Shown here piece by piece: positions 40,492 through 53,100 of a stretch of DNA of 64,000 nucleotides. The stretch spans positions 17,312 through 81,311 of the forward strand of contig JBGATO010000009.1 of assembly GCA_044229145.1 (NCBI GenBank). The letters run 5' to 3'. Origin of the DNA: Candidatus Eiseniibacteriota bacterium. Lineage in GTDB: Bacteria; Eisenbacteria; RBG-16-71-46; CAZEPH01. Below the pieces are notes generated by a model. That model saw only the letters and a program-made list of their open reading frames with translations. It made no database searches and was not told where the DNA came from. The translations under genes were made by a program, and so were the position numbers. Numbering within the stretch: the stretch's first letter is position 1; every line of letters begins with the position of its first letter.

Positions 40492-41244
40492 ATGAGCGAA
40501 CGGGAATTCGCCGGCAAGAACGTGTTCGTCACGGGCGCCTCGCGCTCGATCGGCGAGGCGGTCGCGCGCTACTTCGCGGCCCGGGGCGCCGCGGTGGCGA
40601 TCGTCGGCACCAAGCAGGAGACGATCGAAGCCGCCGCCAGCCAGTTGCGCGCCGACACCGGCGCGACCGTCGTCCCGTGCGCGTGCGACGTCGCCGACAC
40701 GGCCGCCGTCCAGGCGATGGTGCAGCAAGCCGAAGCGGCGCTCGGCTCCGGCATCGACATCCTGGTCAACAACGCGGGGATCACCAAGGACGGCCTGCTT
40801 CTCCGGATGGACGAGGCGCAGTGGGATACAGTCCTGGACGTGAACCTGAAGGGTACCTACAATTGCACCAAAGCCGTCCTGCGGAACATGATGAAGAAGA
40901 AGGCGGGACGCATCGTGAACATTACGTCCATCGTGGGCATCACCGGGAACGCCGGCCAAGCCAACTACGTCGCGTCGAAGGCGGGCGTGATCGGCTTCAC
41001 CAAGGCGGTGGCGCGCGAGGTTGCGAGCCGCGGCATTACCGTGAACGCGGTTGCACCCGGATACATCGACACCCCGATGACGCAAGCCTTGCCCGAGGCC
41101 ATTCGCGAGGGCATGCTCACCCGGATCCCCCTCGGGCGATTCGGCACACCTGAAGATGTCGCGGACGTCGTCGGTTTTCTCGCGTCCGATGCTGCCCGCT
41201 ATGTCACCGGGCAGGTCATTCAAGTCGACGGAGGCTGGGTCTAA
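40492..41244 (+). CDS. fabG: 3-oxoacyl-ACP reductase
   Basis: [38 protein letters not shown]. Confidence 0.96.
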   Translation: MSEREFAGKNVFVTGASRSIGEAVARYFAARGAAVAIVGTKQETIEAAASQLRADTGATVVPCACDVADTAAVQAMVQQAEAALGSGIDILVNNAGITKDGLLLRMDEAQWDTVLDVNLKGTYNCTKAVLRNMMKKKAGRIVNITSIVGITGNAGQANYVASKAGVIGFTKAVAREVASRGITVNAVAPGYIDTPMTQALPEAIREGMLTRIPLGRFGTPEDVADVVGFLASDAARYVTGQVIQVDGGWV

Positions 41245-41366
41245 CCCGGTCACCGACGGCTGAGCCGCGGTCCCCCGGTGCATTCGACGGACGACACCGA
41301 CGCATGCGCGCATGGGGTGGCAGCACCGCATCACCCTACAATCCAAAGAGAGGAGTCAGTCGATAC

Positions 41367-41618
41367 ATGCCCAGTCCGTACAGCGATGAGCGTGTGAAGG
41401 AAATCATCATGGAGCAGTTGGGGGTGTCCGCCGAGCAGGTGACCCCGTCCGCCTCCTTCATCGACGACCTCGGTGCCGACTCGCTGGACACCGTGGAGCT
41501 GGTCATGGCGCTCGAGGAGGAGTTTGGCGTCGAGATTCCCGACGAGAACGCGGAGAAAATCCGCACCGTCGGCGACGCGATGGGCTACCTCAAGGAGCAC
41601 CTCGCCGCGGGCGCCTAA
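41367..41618 (+). CDS. acpP: Acyl carrier protein
   Basis: [28 protein letters not shown]. Confidence 0.97.
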   Translation: MPSPYSDERVKEIIMEQLGVSAEQVTPSASFIDDLGADSLDTVELVMALEEEFGVEIPDENAEKIRTVGDAMGYLKEHLAAGA

Positions 41619-41762
41619 GGCGTTCGCAGTTGCACGTCGGAGCGAGTGTCCGGGGAAGGTCGCGTGCGGCGGCCGCGCCGCAGGGCGGGTATACCGCGCG
41701 ACGAGCTTCCCCGGGCGTCCTCCGAGGCCCCTCATGTCGTACGCAGTGACGTCTGGAGAGCA

Positions 41763-43043
<1,281 letters not shown>

Positions 43044-43164
43044 CCCCGCTCGCCAGCGCGGGCAACGAACGCCTCCGAGCCGCGCGCCGTGCGCGCCGCT
43101 CGGCGCCGCTCGTGCGGAGCCTCGGCCTCCTGGGCGTCGAACCCACACAGGTGAGACACATGCG

Positions 43165-44229
43165 ATGGAACGCATGACAGCGAGTTCCGGCAATCCGCCG
43201 CGCCGCCGCCCCGCGCGCAAGCGCAACGCGGCCGCGTCCACGGAAGGCGGCGTCCACGCCACCGCCGCGCGCAAGGCCGCGGCGCTGGCGCCGGCGCCGT
43301 CGACCAACCCGATCGCCCGCTTGATCGAGGCGGTGGTCGCGCGCCGCAAGGGCGCCGATGCCGCGAGCGACAAACGCCTGCAGCAATTCCAGCGTGCCAT
43401 CGGCATGCGCTTCAAGACGCCGACGTTGTTGCGCCAGGCGCTGACCCACCGCAGTTTCGTCTACGATCATGCGGGCGACGGTCGCGAGTCGAACGAACGC
43501 ATGGAATTCCTCGGCGACTCGGTGCTGGGCTTGGTGGTCAACGAGCACCTCTACAAGACCTTCCCGAACAACCGCGAAGGCTCGCTCACCCAGATGAAGT
43601 CGCTGCTGGTCAGCGAAGCCGTGCTGGCGAAGATCGCACGCACGATGAACCTCGGAGCCTTCCTCTACCTCTCCGATGCCGAGGCCGAGTCCGGCGGACG
43701 CGACCGTTCCTCGATACTCGCCGATGCCTTCGAAGCGGTGATCGCGGCGATCTACCTCGATGGCGGTCTCGAGCCGGCGCGGCGCTTCTGCGAAGAGCGG
43801 CTGCTGCGCGAGGCGCACACCATCGTCGTCGACAAATCGCACATGAATCACAAGAGCCTGCTGCAGGAGTTCGCGCAGGGGCACTTCAAGACGCATCCGC
43901 GGTATCGCGTGAGCCGCGAAGATGGTCCGGATCACGAGAAGACGTTTTCGGTCGAGGTCTACATCGGCGACGTGTTGCTCGGTCGCGGAAACGGCAAGAA
44001 CAAGAAGGACGCCGAGCAGGATGCGGCGCGCGCCGCGCTCGCGGTGCTCGAGTCCGAACAGGCCGCCGAGGAAAGCGCGCCGCGCCCCGACCGTCGGCCG
44101 TCTCGCCGCGGGCGCAGCGACTCCACCCCGCGCCGTGCGGAAGCGTCTGCCGAGACCCCGACGGTGACCCGCCACACCCGCCCGCGGCGCGTCGCCGCCG
44201 ATGATTCCACCTCCGAGACGCGGCGCTGA
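43165..44229 (+). CDS. rnc: Ribonuclease III with basic N- and C-terminal extensions
   Basis: QALTHRS, NERMEFLGDSVL, ADAFEA, dsRBD (KSLLQE...GPDH...KKDAEQDAA). Start uncertain (43165 or 43174). Confidence 0.93.
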   Translation: MERMTASSGNPPRRRPARKRNAAASTEGGVHATAARKAAALAPAPSTNPIARLIEAVVARRKGADAASDKRLQQFQRAIGMRFKTPTLLRQALTHRSFVYDHAGDGRESNERMEFLGDSVLGLVVNEHLYKTFPNNREGSLTQMKSLLVSEAVLAKIARTMNLGAFLYLSDAEAESGGRDRSSILADAFEAVIAAIYLDGGLEPARRFCEERLLREAHTIVVDKSHMNHKSLLQEFAQGHFKTHPRYRVSREDGPDHEKTFSVEVYIGDVLLGRGNGKNKKDAEQDAARAALAVLESEQAAEESAPRPDRRPSRRGRSDSTPRRAEASAETPTVTRHTRPRRVAADDSTSETRR

Positions 44230-44235
44230 TCGGGC

Positions 44236-46320
44236 ATGGCCGATCGCCGAGTCCCACGCCGTTCCGCCGCCCCGCGCTCAGCTCCCACTGACGCCGGTGC
44301 CGTCGCGCGCGGCCGCCGCGCCACGGCACGGCCGGCGCGACTGTTCGATGCCGGCCCGTACGTCGTCTTCGTCGTTGCCGCGCTCGTGCGCGTTCTGACC
44401 GTCTGGCAACTCCGCGACACGCCATTCTTCGTGCATCCCGTCATCGACGAAAAGTCGTACGACGAATGGGCGCGCATGTTGTCGCACGGCGACTGGTTCC
44501 CGCGCCTCGTATTCTGGCAGCCGCCGTTCTACGCATACTGGCTGGCGATCGTCTACAAGCTGACCGGCGGCGCATACCTCGCGGCGCGTCTGGTCACCGC
44601 GCTGCTCGGGGCAGTGGGATGCGCGCTGACCTTCGTGCTCGGCGCGCGCATCCTGCCGCGCACCGCCGCCTGGGGAGGCGCCTTGGCCGCCGCTCTGTGC
44701 GGCCCGCTGGTGCTCGCCGACACGCAGCTGCTTGCCACCACCCTGGCGACCGTGCTGCTCCTTGGCGCGCTGCTCCTGCTGCATCACGCGCAGTCGCGCG
44801 GTTCGCTCCCGCGGCTCGCGCTCGGCGCCTTCGTCATTGGCTTGCTGGCCATCGCGCGCGGTGAAGCGCTCCTGCTGCTGCCGCTGCTCACGCTGTGGGC
44901 GTTCAGCTACGCGCAGCCACAGCGCGAACGCAACGTGCGGCTGGGCTGGGCCGGTACGTTCCTTCTCTGCGCGTTGGTGCCGGTGAGCGCGGCGACGCTG
45001 AGCAATCGCGTGCGCGGCGGCGAGTGGGTCGTGGTGTCGTCGAACGGCGGCGTGAACTTCTACATCGGGAACAACCCGAACTACGACCAGACGGTCGGCA
45101 TAAGGCCGGGCGAGGAATGGGAACGCCTGATTCGCGAGCCGGTGCGCAAGGGCATTACGCGGGCGGGCGACCAATCGGCGTACTTCTACTCGCGCGGGCT
45201 GGCGTTCGTGGTGCGCGAGACGCGGCCGTGGCTCGGGGTGATGGCGCAGAAGGCGGTGTTGGCGCTCAACGCGCGCGAGATCCAGCGCGATCTCGATCCG
45301 TACAGCTATCGCGCCGATTCGGGCGTGCTCCGCGTGCTGCTGTGGCCGTCGCCGCTCGGGTTCCCATTCGGCGTGCTGGGGCCGTTCGCGGTGCTCGGTG
45401 TCCTGCTCCTGGTGCTGGAGTGGCGGCGCTACGCGTTGATCCATCTCGTGCTCGTCGGGCAGAGCGCGGCCCTGCTGCTGTTCTTCGTGACCTCGCGGTA
45501 TCGCACACCGATGTTGCCGCTGGTGTGTCTGGTCGCGGCGTACGCGGCCACCTGGCTATTGCGCCGGGTGCGGCATCACGAATGGGGGCGCTTCCGCACC
45601 GGACTCGTGGTGTGGGTCCTGGCGGCGCTGGCCGTCAACGTGCCGCGGGCGCCGGGACAAACGCCGCGCGAGCGGGCCGAGGAGGTCTACTACCGCGGCT
45701 ACGCGGCATTGCAGGCCGGACGTCCGGACGACGCGCTGGCCGCTGCGCGCGAGGCGGCGCAACTGGATCCCCGCTATGCGAAGGCCGCGTTCTTCGAAGG
45801 CTACGTCTTGGCGGCGCAGCGCGACACGATGGGTGCGCGCACGGCGTATCAGCGGGCCCTGACGCTGGCGCCGGACTACGCCGAGGCGCACCAGGGGATG
45901 GGGAACCTGCTGGCGTCACAGGGTGCCTTCGAGGCCGCGGCCGCGGAGATGCGGCAGGCGATCGCCCTGCGGTCACCCTTTCCCGACGCGCACTACTACC
46001 TGGCGGCGGTGCTCACCCGGCTCGGCCAGTTGGCGGCCGCGGAGTCGGAGTTGCGCACCGCGGTGGCCCAGCAGCCGACGTTCGCCGCGGCGTGGGTGAG
46101 CCTGGGCACGCTGCAGCGCTCCCGGGGCGAGCTCGCCGGCGCGGTCGAATCGTTCCGCGCGGCGGTGGAGGCGGATCCCGCGGTGGCGACCTCCCATGGG
46201 CGGCTGGCGGACGCGCTGCTGGCGCTCGGGCGTCGCGACGAGGCGGTCGCCGCCGCCCGCGACGCCCTGCGGCTCGATCCTCAAGACCCATTGGCCCATA
46301 GGGTACTTCAGTCGCAGTGA
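44236..46320 (+). CDS. GT-C (ArnT/PMT-like) membrane glycosyltransferase fused to C-terminal TPR repeats
   Basis: DE motif (IDEKSYDEW) in the first loop, PPFY, many TM helices, NGGVNFYIGNNP, RYR, then about 6 TPR repeats. Confidence 0.8.
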   Translation: MADRRVPRRSAAPRSAPTDAGAVARGRRATARPARLFDAGPYVVFVVAALVRVLTVWQLRDTPFFVHPVIDEKSYDEWARMLSHGDWFPRLVFWQPPFYAYWLAIVYKLTGGAYLAARLVTALLGAVGCALTFVLGARILPRTAAWGGALAAALCGPLVLADTQLLATTLATVLLLGALLLLHHAQSRGSLPRLALGAFVIGLLAIARGEALLLLPLLTLWAFSYAQPQRERNVRLGWAGTFLLCALVPVSAATLSNRVRGGEWVVVSSNGGVNFYIGNNPNYDQTVGIRPGEEWERLIREPVRKGITRAGDQSAYFYSRGLAFVVRETRPWLGVMAQKAVLALNAREIQRDLDPYSYRADSGVLRVLLWPSPLGFPFGVLGPFAVLGVLLLVLEWRRYALIHLVLVGQSAALLLFFVTSRYRTPMLPLVCLVAAYAATWLLRRVRHHEWGRFRTGLVVWVLAALAVNVPRAPGQTPRERAEEVYYRGYAALQAGRPDDALAAAREAAQLDPRYAKAAFFEGYVLAAQRDTMGARTAYQRALTLAPDYAEAHQGMGNLLASQGAFEAAAAEMRQAIALRSPFPDAHYYLAAVLTRLGQLAAAESELRTAVAQQPTFAAAWVSLGTLQRSRGELAGAVESFRAAVEADPAVATSHGRLADALLALGRRDEAVAAARDALRLDPQDPLAHRVLQSQ

Positions 46321-46415
46321 TCGTTTCGCACTGACGGCGTATTGTAACGCCTGACGGACGCGCGACATCCGGCCGCGGATGTCCCCCCGCCGAAGACTTC
46401 AGGGAGAGTGCACCC

Positions 46416-47018
46416 ATGTCCGCATTGGCGTTACCCCTTCAGACGGCAGCCTACGATCTGTGGCCTTCGCCGCTGGGAACCCTTGGCGTCCTTTTGGTCG
46501 ACGAAGGCGTTCTCCGCGTGCTCCTCGACACCCGCGAGGATGAGGTCCGGCACGTGGCCACCGAAACCGATCACGTTCTCGCGTCCCGCGACAGCCGCGC
46601 ATGTTCCGCGGTGCGCGAGGCGCTGACCTCCTACCTCGCGGGCGATCCGACGCCGCTCGCGTTCCCCGTGGTGACACACGTCGGGACCGAATTCCAACGC
46701 AAGGTGTGGAAGGCGCTCACGCGCATTCCGCGCGGCTCGGCCGCCAGCTACGCCTGGCTTGCCGGCGCGGCCGGCGCACCCGGCGGCACACGTGCGGTCG
46801 GCCAAGCCAACCGCGCCAACCCGCACCCGCTGCTCGTGCCCTGTCACCGTGTGGTGCAATCCGACGGCACGCTGGGCGGCTACGCGGGTCCGCACACCTG
46901 GATGAAGGAACTGCTGCTCCGCCTCGAAGGGTGTCCGCTGGAGCTGCGCCGCGGCGCGCCGGTGGTGGCGCACGAGGCGCTTTGGGGCGCGGAGGAGTTC
47001 ATGCTGCACGCGCGGTGA
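46416..47018 (+). CDS. ogt: Methylated-DNA--protein-cysteine methyltransferase
   Basis: GTEFQRKVW, IPRG, RAVGQA, NP, PCHRV active site, GGYAG. Confidence 0.92.
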   Translation: MSALALPLQTAAYDLWPSPLGTLGVLLVDEGVLRVLLDTREDEVRHVATETDHVLASRDSRACSAVREALTSYLAGDPTPLAFPVVTHVGTEFQRKVWKALTRIPRGSAASYAWLAGAAGAPGGTRAVGQANRANPHPLLVPCHRVVQSDGTLGGYAGPHTWMKELLLRLEGCPLELRRGAPVVAHEALWGAEEFMLHAR

Positions 47019-47028
47019 CCGCCGCGCA

Positions 47029-48942
47029 TCACGCTGGGTCGGACGGCGCTTCCGCAGGGAGGCGCCGTCCGGCGTTGGGGCGCCGCCCCTGCCCGCGCCA
47101 GCGCTCCTTGAAGTCTCGCGTATCGATGTCGTATTTGCGCAACAGGACGTGGAAGTGCACGCGGCTCATGCCGACGGATTCGGCGGCGCGCGAGACGTGC
47201 CCGCCGCACCGCCGTAGTGCCGCCTCGACGAACGGCCGTTCGACACGTTCGTACGCCTCGTCGCGGGCGCGCCGCTTCGCCTCTTGGAGGTCGGTGGCGC
47301 TGAGCACCACCGGGCCGCCCAGACCCGAACGCACGTAGTCGGGAAAGTGCTCGTCGCCGACGACGCCTTCGCGCGTCAGGATGGCGGCGCGGCGCACCAC
47401 GTTTTCCAACTCGCGGATGTTGCCGGGCCACGCATACGTCATGAGCGTCCGCATCGCGGCGTGCGTGAAGCCGGGAAGCTCGCGCCCGAGCGCGCGTGCC
47501 TCGGTGGCGAGGAAGTGTTCGGCGAGCGGCAGGATGTCCTCGGGGCGCTCGCGCAAGGGCGGCATCTCGATCGCGATCACGTTGAGGCGATGGAACAGGT
47601 CCTCGCGGAACTTGCCGTCCTTCACCATCTGCCGCAGGTCGCGATTGGTGGCGGCGATGATGCGCACGTCGACGTGCAGCGGCCGGTTGGAGCCGACGCG
47701 CTCGATCTCCCGCGCCTGCAAGACGCGCAGCAGCTTCGCCTGCAGCGGCATCGGCATCTCGCCGATTTCGTCCATGAACAACGTACCGCCGTCGGCGACT
47801 TCGAACTTGCCGGCCTTCGCCTCGATGGCGCCGGTGAACGCGCCCTTCACATGTCCGAACAATTCGCTCTCGAGCAGGTTCTCGGGGATCGCCGCGCAGT
47901 TGAGCACCACCAGCTGCTTCTCGGCACGCCGCGAGTTGGCGTGCACCGCTTGCGCGATGAGCTCCTTCCCGGTGCCGTTCTCGCCTTGGATCAACACCGT
48001 CGCGTCGGTGTCGGCGACATCGGCCGTGAGCTTGAGCACGCGCACGAAGGCGGGGGAGTTGCCGAGGATGCGGTCGAAGCGGAAGCGCCCGCGCAATTGC
48101 CGCTCGAGTTCTTCCTGGCGGCGTTCCATCTGGCGAAATTCGAGCGCGTGCGCGATGCCGGTGGCGATCACCGCGCCGAGTTCGTTGAGCAGCGCGACGT
48201 CCATCTCGGTGAAGATGCCGCTCACCGTGGAGTTGTCGAGATAGAGCACGCCCACCAGCCGCTCCGGCGTCGCCAGCGGCACGCACACGACCGACTGCAG
48301 GCGCAACCGCTGCACCGATTCCGCCATCGCGAAGCGCTCGTCGCTCAGCGCCGACGTGATGCGCTCGGCCTGCCGCGTGTCGATGACCTTGCGGATGATC
48401 GAGCGGCTCGATTGGAACGCCGGTTCGTCGAGTTCGAGTTTGTCGATGGCCCGCGCGACGCGATAGTCCAGACGCCCGGTGTCGTCGACCAGCACCAGAA
48501 GTCCACGCTCGGCGCGCGCCACCGCGATCGCCGTGTCCATGATCGCTTCGAGCAAGCGGTCGACGTTGGTCTCGCGCCCAAGCATCGACGCAATGGTGTT
48601 CACGGTGGCGACGTTGCGGACGCGAGCCTCGGCGTCGCGCAAGCGCGCGGCGAGCGCGTCGAGGGCGCGCCGCACCGCGCGCGCCGCCTCGTCGAGCGGC
48701 ACCGAAGCGGCCTGCACGTGATGGGCGAGCAGATCGAGCTGCTCGGCGAGTTCGCGCGCGGCGGCCTGCGCGTCGCCCTGCAGGCTGTCCGCGAGGGTGT
48801 CGAGCAGCCCGCGCGTGTCGGTGATCTGGCGGGCGGCATGCGCCGTGGCGGCTTGGATCTGGCGATCCAGCGCGGCCAGCGCGGCGGCGGGTTCGGGTCC
48901 TGGCTGGGCAGCCGGCACGGCCGGCGGCGGGTCCTGCGGCAC
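47029..48942 (-). CDS. Sigma54-dependent activator: coiled coil-GAF-AAA+-Fis HTH
   Basis: GGGGAG RBS before the GTG, GAF (SVVCVPL...GVLYLDN), [34 protein letters not shown]. Confidence 0.92.
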   Translation of the reverse strand: MPQDPPPAVPAAQPGPEPAAALAALDRQIQAATAHAARQITDTRGLLDTLADSLQGDAQAAARELAEQLDLLAHHVQAASVPLDEAARAVRRALDALAARLRDAEARVRNVATVNTIASMLGRETNVDRLLEAIMDTAIAVARAERGLLVLVDDTGRLDYRVARAIDKLELDEPAFQSSRSIIRKVIDTRQAERITSALSDERFAMAESVQRLRLQSVVCVPLATPERLVGVLYLDNSTVSGIFTEMDVALLNELGAVIATGIAHALEFRQMERRQEELERQLRGRFRFDRILGNSPAFVRVLKLTADVADTDATVLIQGENGTGKELIAQAVHANSRRAEKQLVVLNCAAIPENLLESELFGHVKGAFTGAIEAKAGKFEVADGGTLFMDEIGEMPMPLQAKLLRVLQAREIERVGSNRPLHVDVRIIAATNRDLRQMVKDGKFREDLFHRLNVIAIEMPPLRERPEDILPLAEHFLATEARALGRELPGFTHAAMRTLMTYAWPGNIRELENVVRRAAILTREGVVGDEHFPDYVRSGLGGPVVLSATDLQEAKRRARDEAYERVERPFVEAALRRCGGHVSRAAESVGMSRVHFHVLLRKYDIDTRDFKERWRGQGRRPNAGRRLPAEAPSDPA

Positions 48943-49091
48943 GGTGGCATCTCCCCACGGGCGAGGCGAGTCGGGAGCGGGAGTATGCCGCAGGCCCGCA
49001 CCCGCTGCATCCGGAAACCCGACGATGTTTGCCGACCGGCGACAGACCGTCGCCTGCCGGCGGTGGATCCGCGCAGCGGGCCGCCCGCGCG

Positions 49092-49121
49092 TTGACCGCG
49101 CCGGGAGCCGACCGCTACAAT
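49092..49121 (+). promoter_or_regulatory. Putative sigma70 promoter
   Basis: TTGACC-N18-TACAAT upstream of the second TWG-tail gene. Confidence 0.55.
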
Positions 49122-49224
49122 AAGGCAACGCTCTCCACGATCCGATCCCCGCACCCGCGACCTGCCACTCCCCGCTGTCCGGCGTGCCGGCATCCGTGCG
49201 CTTGTCTCCCGCTTCGAGGATCCC

Positions 49225-50124
49225 GTGAAGACTGACCCTTCTCCGTGCCGTCTCGCACTGTTGAGTGCTCTGGCCGTCGTCTCGCTGGCCGTTGCTCCGG
49301 CGAGCGCCGCGCCCCGCGCCCACACGGCCACGCTCTTGCCGCGTATCCTGATCTGGGACAACGACAACGGCGTCACCCTCTGCGATCCCGACATCGCTGC
49401 CACCGCCTGCGTGCCGGTGGGCACCGAGGTCGGGCTGGTGCGCGCGGTCATCGACAATGGCGGCGACCCGTGGCTGGTGACCCAGCTGCCCAGCGACCTG
49501 TCGACCTACGACGCCGTCTACATCACCCTCGGCTGGGCGACCGCGAGTGGCCCGGCGGGTCAGATCTCGACCGCCGACCAGCAGACGCTGGTGAACTACA
49601 TCGAGGACGGTCACCCGGTGTTCCTCGAGGGGAACGACTTCGCGCACGACTACCAGGGCACCACGTTGCTGTCGCTCTTCGGGGCCGTGTACAACGGCGA
49701 CGGATCGACCGAGGGCAACGTCAGCCAGCTCATCGGACGGCCCGGTACCTTCGCGCAAGGGATGACCTTCGGCTATCCGTTCGGCAGCGCGGCGGACTTC
49801 AGCGTCGATGACGTGCTGCCCGGCGGCAGCAACCCGGGAGTGATCCTGTTCGACGACCAGAACGGCCCGGGGAAGGCGATGTCGTCGCCCTCCGAGGGCG
49901 GCGCGCCGCGCGGCAAGGGCCGCGGCGACGGCGGGCCGGCGACGCAGTCGGTGACGCGCGGACGCACCGTGCTGTTCACGACCTCGTTCGGCGCGATGCC
50001 GGACGGCTTGCCGCCGTCGACGAAGGATTTGTTGATGGGCCGGGTGCTGGTGAACTTCGGCTTGTTAGTCACGCCGGCGCCGCCGGCGACGTGGGGATCG
50101 ATCAAGGCGCTGTTCAACCACTAA
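49225..50124 (+). CDS. Secreted acidic protein with C-terminal TWGSIKALF motif
   Basis: GAGG RBS, signal peptide (...VAPASA), alpha/beta body (DLSTYDAVYITLG, YIEDGHPVFLEGND), own promoter and terminator. Confidence 0.8.
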   Translation: MKTDPSPCRLALLSALAVVSLAVAPASAAPRAHTATLLPRILIWDNDNGVTLCDPDIAATACVPVGTEVGLVRAVIDNGGDPWLVTQLPSDLSTYDAVYITLGWATASGPAGQISTADQQTLVNYIEDGHPVFLEGNDFAHDYQGTTLLSLFGAVYNGDGSTEGNVSQLIGRPGTFAQGMTFGYPFGSAADFSVDDVLPGGSNPGVILFDDQNGPGKAMSSPSEGGAPRGKGRGDGGPATQSVTRGRTVLFTTSFGAMPDGLPPSTKDLLMGRVLVNFGLLVTPAPPATWGSIKALFNH

Positions 50125-50141
50125 TCGCAGCGAGTGCGGGA

Positions 50142-50175
50142 GACGGGCCGCGTTCCGTTGGGGACGCGGCCCGTC
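50142..50175. terminator. Hairpin between convergent genes
   Basis: GACGGGCCGCGTTCC-GTTG-GGGACGCGGCCCGTC. Confidence 0.65.
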
Positions 50176-50181
50176 GGCGTT

Positions 50182-53100
50182 TCAGGCTGCGCGCCGAGGG
50201 CGCGGAGTTGCGCGCACGGCGTCCACCGCCGCGTCGCCCGCCCACGTGCGCACATCGGGATGCGCGGCCAGGCGCGCCACCAGGCTCGCGGCGCGGGCGA
50301 GGAAGCGCGCGCGGTGATCGCGGTAGCACCGGCGCAGCGTCTCGTCGGGCAGGCGGGACCATGCCTCGTGCACGCGGCTCACGGCGTCGCGCGCACACGC
50401 CCACGCGAGGCTGGCGAGGCCCTCGCCGAACTCGGCTTCCGCGCGATGCAAGGCGGCGCTGGCGTGGGTGTCGTGATCGCCGCCGCGGCTGGCGGCGTCG
50501 GCGGCACGTTGCGCGGGCGATGCGCGGCGCGTCGGTGTCCCAACGCGCCGCGCGGCGGCCGCCAGGGGATGGAGGCCCTGCGCCTGCGCGCGTGCGGCGA
50601 CCCGTGCGAGCAGCGCGCGTCCAGCGGCGATGTCGCCGGTGGCCAGAGTCAAGAGGCCGAGCGTGTGCGCCAGGCGCAGCAGGTCGCGGCGATCACCGTG
50701 TGCCAGGCTGCGGCGGGCGGCGTCGGTGAGCCAGGCCAGCGCGCGCGCCGGCGACAGGCCGGGATGCACGAGCACCCACGCGCGGGCGATACGCGGACGC
50801 GCCTCGCGCAACGCCGCGAAGCGCGCCTCGCGCAGCGGCGCAACGGCCGCCGCGCGCGCGTCATCGCCGAGTGCGAGCCACGCATCCGCGAGGGCAGGCG
50901 GATCGCCAGTTCATCTTCGACGTCGGCGCGCGTGTCGGCGCCGTCGAGCGCGGCGAGATCGGCGACGATCGCCGCTCCGTCGGCGACCCCGATCGCCCAG
51001 CGCAAATGGAGGCAGCGGGCGCGGATCGCCAGCCCGGTATCGCCGGCGCGTTCGGCCTCGGCGAGGCTCGCGGCGGCCGCGGCGCCGCCCTCGTCCCAGG
51101 CGCCGGCATCGAGCAGCACCTCGGCAAGATTGGCGCGCGCGAAGGCTTCCTCGAGGGTCGCCCGGCGTGCGCGAAGGCGGCGAGGCTGGCCTCGTAGGCG
51201 CGGCGGCTGGAGGCCAGCCGTGCGGTGGCGGCGTCGGCCAGCGCGAGGTTGTGCAGCGCGCGCGCGCGTTCGATGTCCTGCCCCGCGCGCCGCCAGCCGG
51301 CGGCCGCGATGCGATAGCAGCGGCGCGCGGCAGAGAACCGACCGCGGCCCTGCCACGTGTTCCCGAGGTGCATGAGGGCACGCCAGGCGTCCTCGCGGCT
51401 CGCCGGCGTGCCGCCGGGCGTCCGTGCGAGGCCGGCATGAATCGCGGCGCGGTCGCAGGCGATGCTGGCGCGCCAGTCGCCGGATTGCCGGTGCATCTCG
51501 CCGAGGTTGACCAGCGCCCGGGCGCGCGCCGCGTCATCGCCGAGCCGTGTCCAGAGCGCCAATGCGTCTTCGACGTGCGCTGCGCCAGCTCGCGGATCGC
51601 CGGCACGCCAGAGCGTCACGCCGAGATCGTTGAGCGCCAGCGCTTCGTCGGCGGGCGCATGGAGGGTGCGGGCCAGTGCGAGAACTTCCTCGGCGAGGGC
51701 GCGCGCGGCCTGTGGCCGGCCGGCAAGCGCCAGCAGGCGGCGCAGCGCGCGCAACACATCGAGTCGCGCGGCGGCCGGCGCGCCGGGCATCGCCGCGAGG
51801 GTCTGGCGCGCGTGTTCGCCCCACGTCACCGCTTCCGGGAGCGCGTGGGCGGCGGCGGCGGCCCGCGCGGCGCGCAGGGCCAGCGGCCACGCGTCCTCCG
51901 GTGCCCCGGCGTCCAGCAGGCGGCGCGGCGCGCGTTGCCAGGGCCGGCGTGACCTCTCCGTGCGCCTCGCACCACGCGGCCCACGCGTTGGCGGTCAGGC
52001 GAGCGTGGGCGCGCCGCGCGTCCACCGGCAGTGCGTCCCGCAGCGCACGCGGCCACAGCGGATCGGCGAACGACAGCATCGGGCCGACCGGCGAGTCTTC
52101 CTGTCGCATCCAGCCGCGAGCCAGGCACGTCGATCGATCGCCGGCGACACCAGCGAAGCCGGCCACGGTCCACCACCCAGCAGCGCGGCGTGGGCGAGCG
52201 CCTCGCGCGTCTCCGCCGGCCAGGTTTCCACGAGGTCGGCGCGCGCTTGGGCCAACGCAGTGGCGAGCGATCCGCTGCCGCTCCACCGCACGCCATCGCC
52301 GCGCACCTGCACCGCGCCAGCCTCGCGGAGCGCGCGCATCGCGGCGCGGACGGCGCGCGGGCTACCATCTGTTTCGCGTTCCAGTGCGTCCGCGAGGGCG
52401 GCGGCGGGAGCGATGCCGTCACACACGGCGGCGACCGCATCGGCGATGCCGGCCGCCGCGCGCACCGGAATCACGCGCGTCTCCGCCGCCCACGCGTGGA
52501 GCACCTCCCGGGCCGCTGGCGCGCACGGCCACGCTTCGCCGAGCGCCACGCGCACGCTCGCCCACACACTCACCGGCGCGCTGGCCAGCGCGGCACGGAG
52601 CGCCAGCAATTTCGCAACGCCTGCGGCTGGATCACGCCGATGTCCTCGATGCACACCAGCACCGGACGCATGGCGGCCACGCGCGCGAGTCCGGCCGCCA
52701 AGTCATGCGAGGTGGTCGCGGGGGAGACAGGCGTGCCGAGCAGGTCGCGCAGCGCGTCGAGTCGCCGCCGGATCGCCGGCAGGGGCGACTCCGTGTCGCG
52801 CGGGTCGACCCGGACCTCGAGGATCGTGAGATCCGCCGACTGGCCGCGCGCCCGCCAGCCGCGCAAGAGATCGGCGGCGTCCTCTCCTTCGAGCAGGACA
52901 TGCACCGGGCGGCCGTCCCGCGCCGACCGTGCGGCCGCATCGAGGGCGGCCCTCACCGTGAGCGGCAGGTCATCGCCGCCACCGTGCCGCGCGCGGAGCG
53001 CGGCGAGTGCGGGGGGAAGCGGGACGCGGTCGCAGCTGCGCGCCGCTCCCTCCATCGCCCGCAGGGAGTGCGCGACCGCCGCGGCACCGGACGGCCGATC

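Noticed and set aside
48943..49758. N-terminal extension of the 909-aa GAF-sigma54 ORF
   Set aside because: It overlaps the divergent promoter region and the antisense of the TWG-tail gene; the RBS supports the GTG at 48942.
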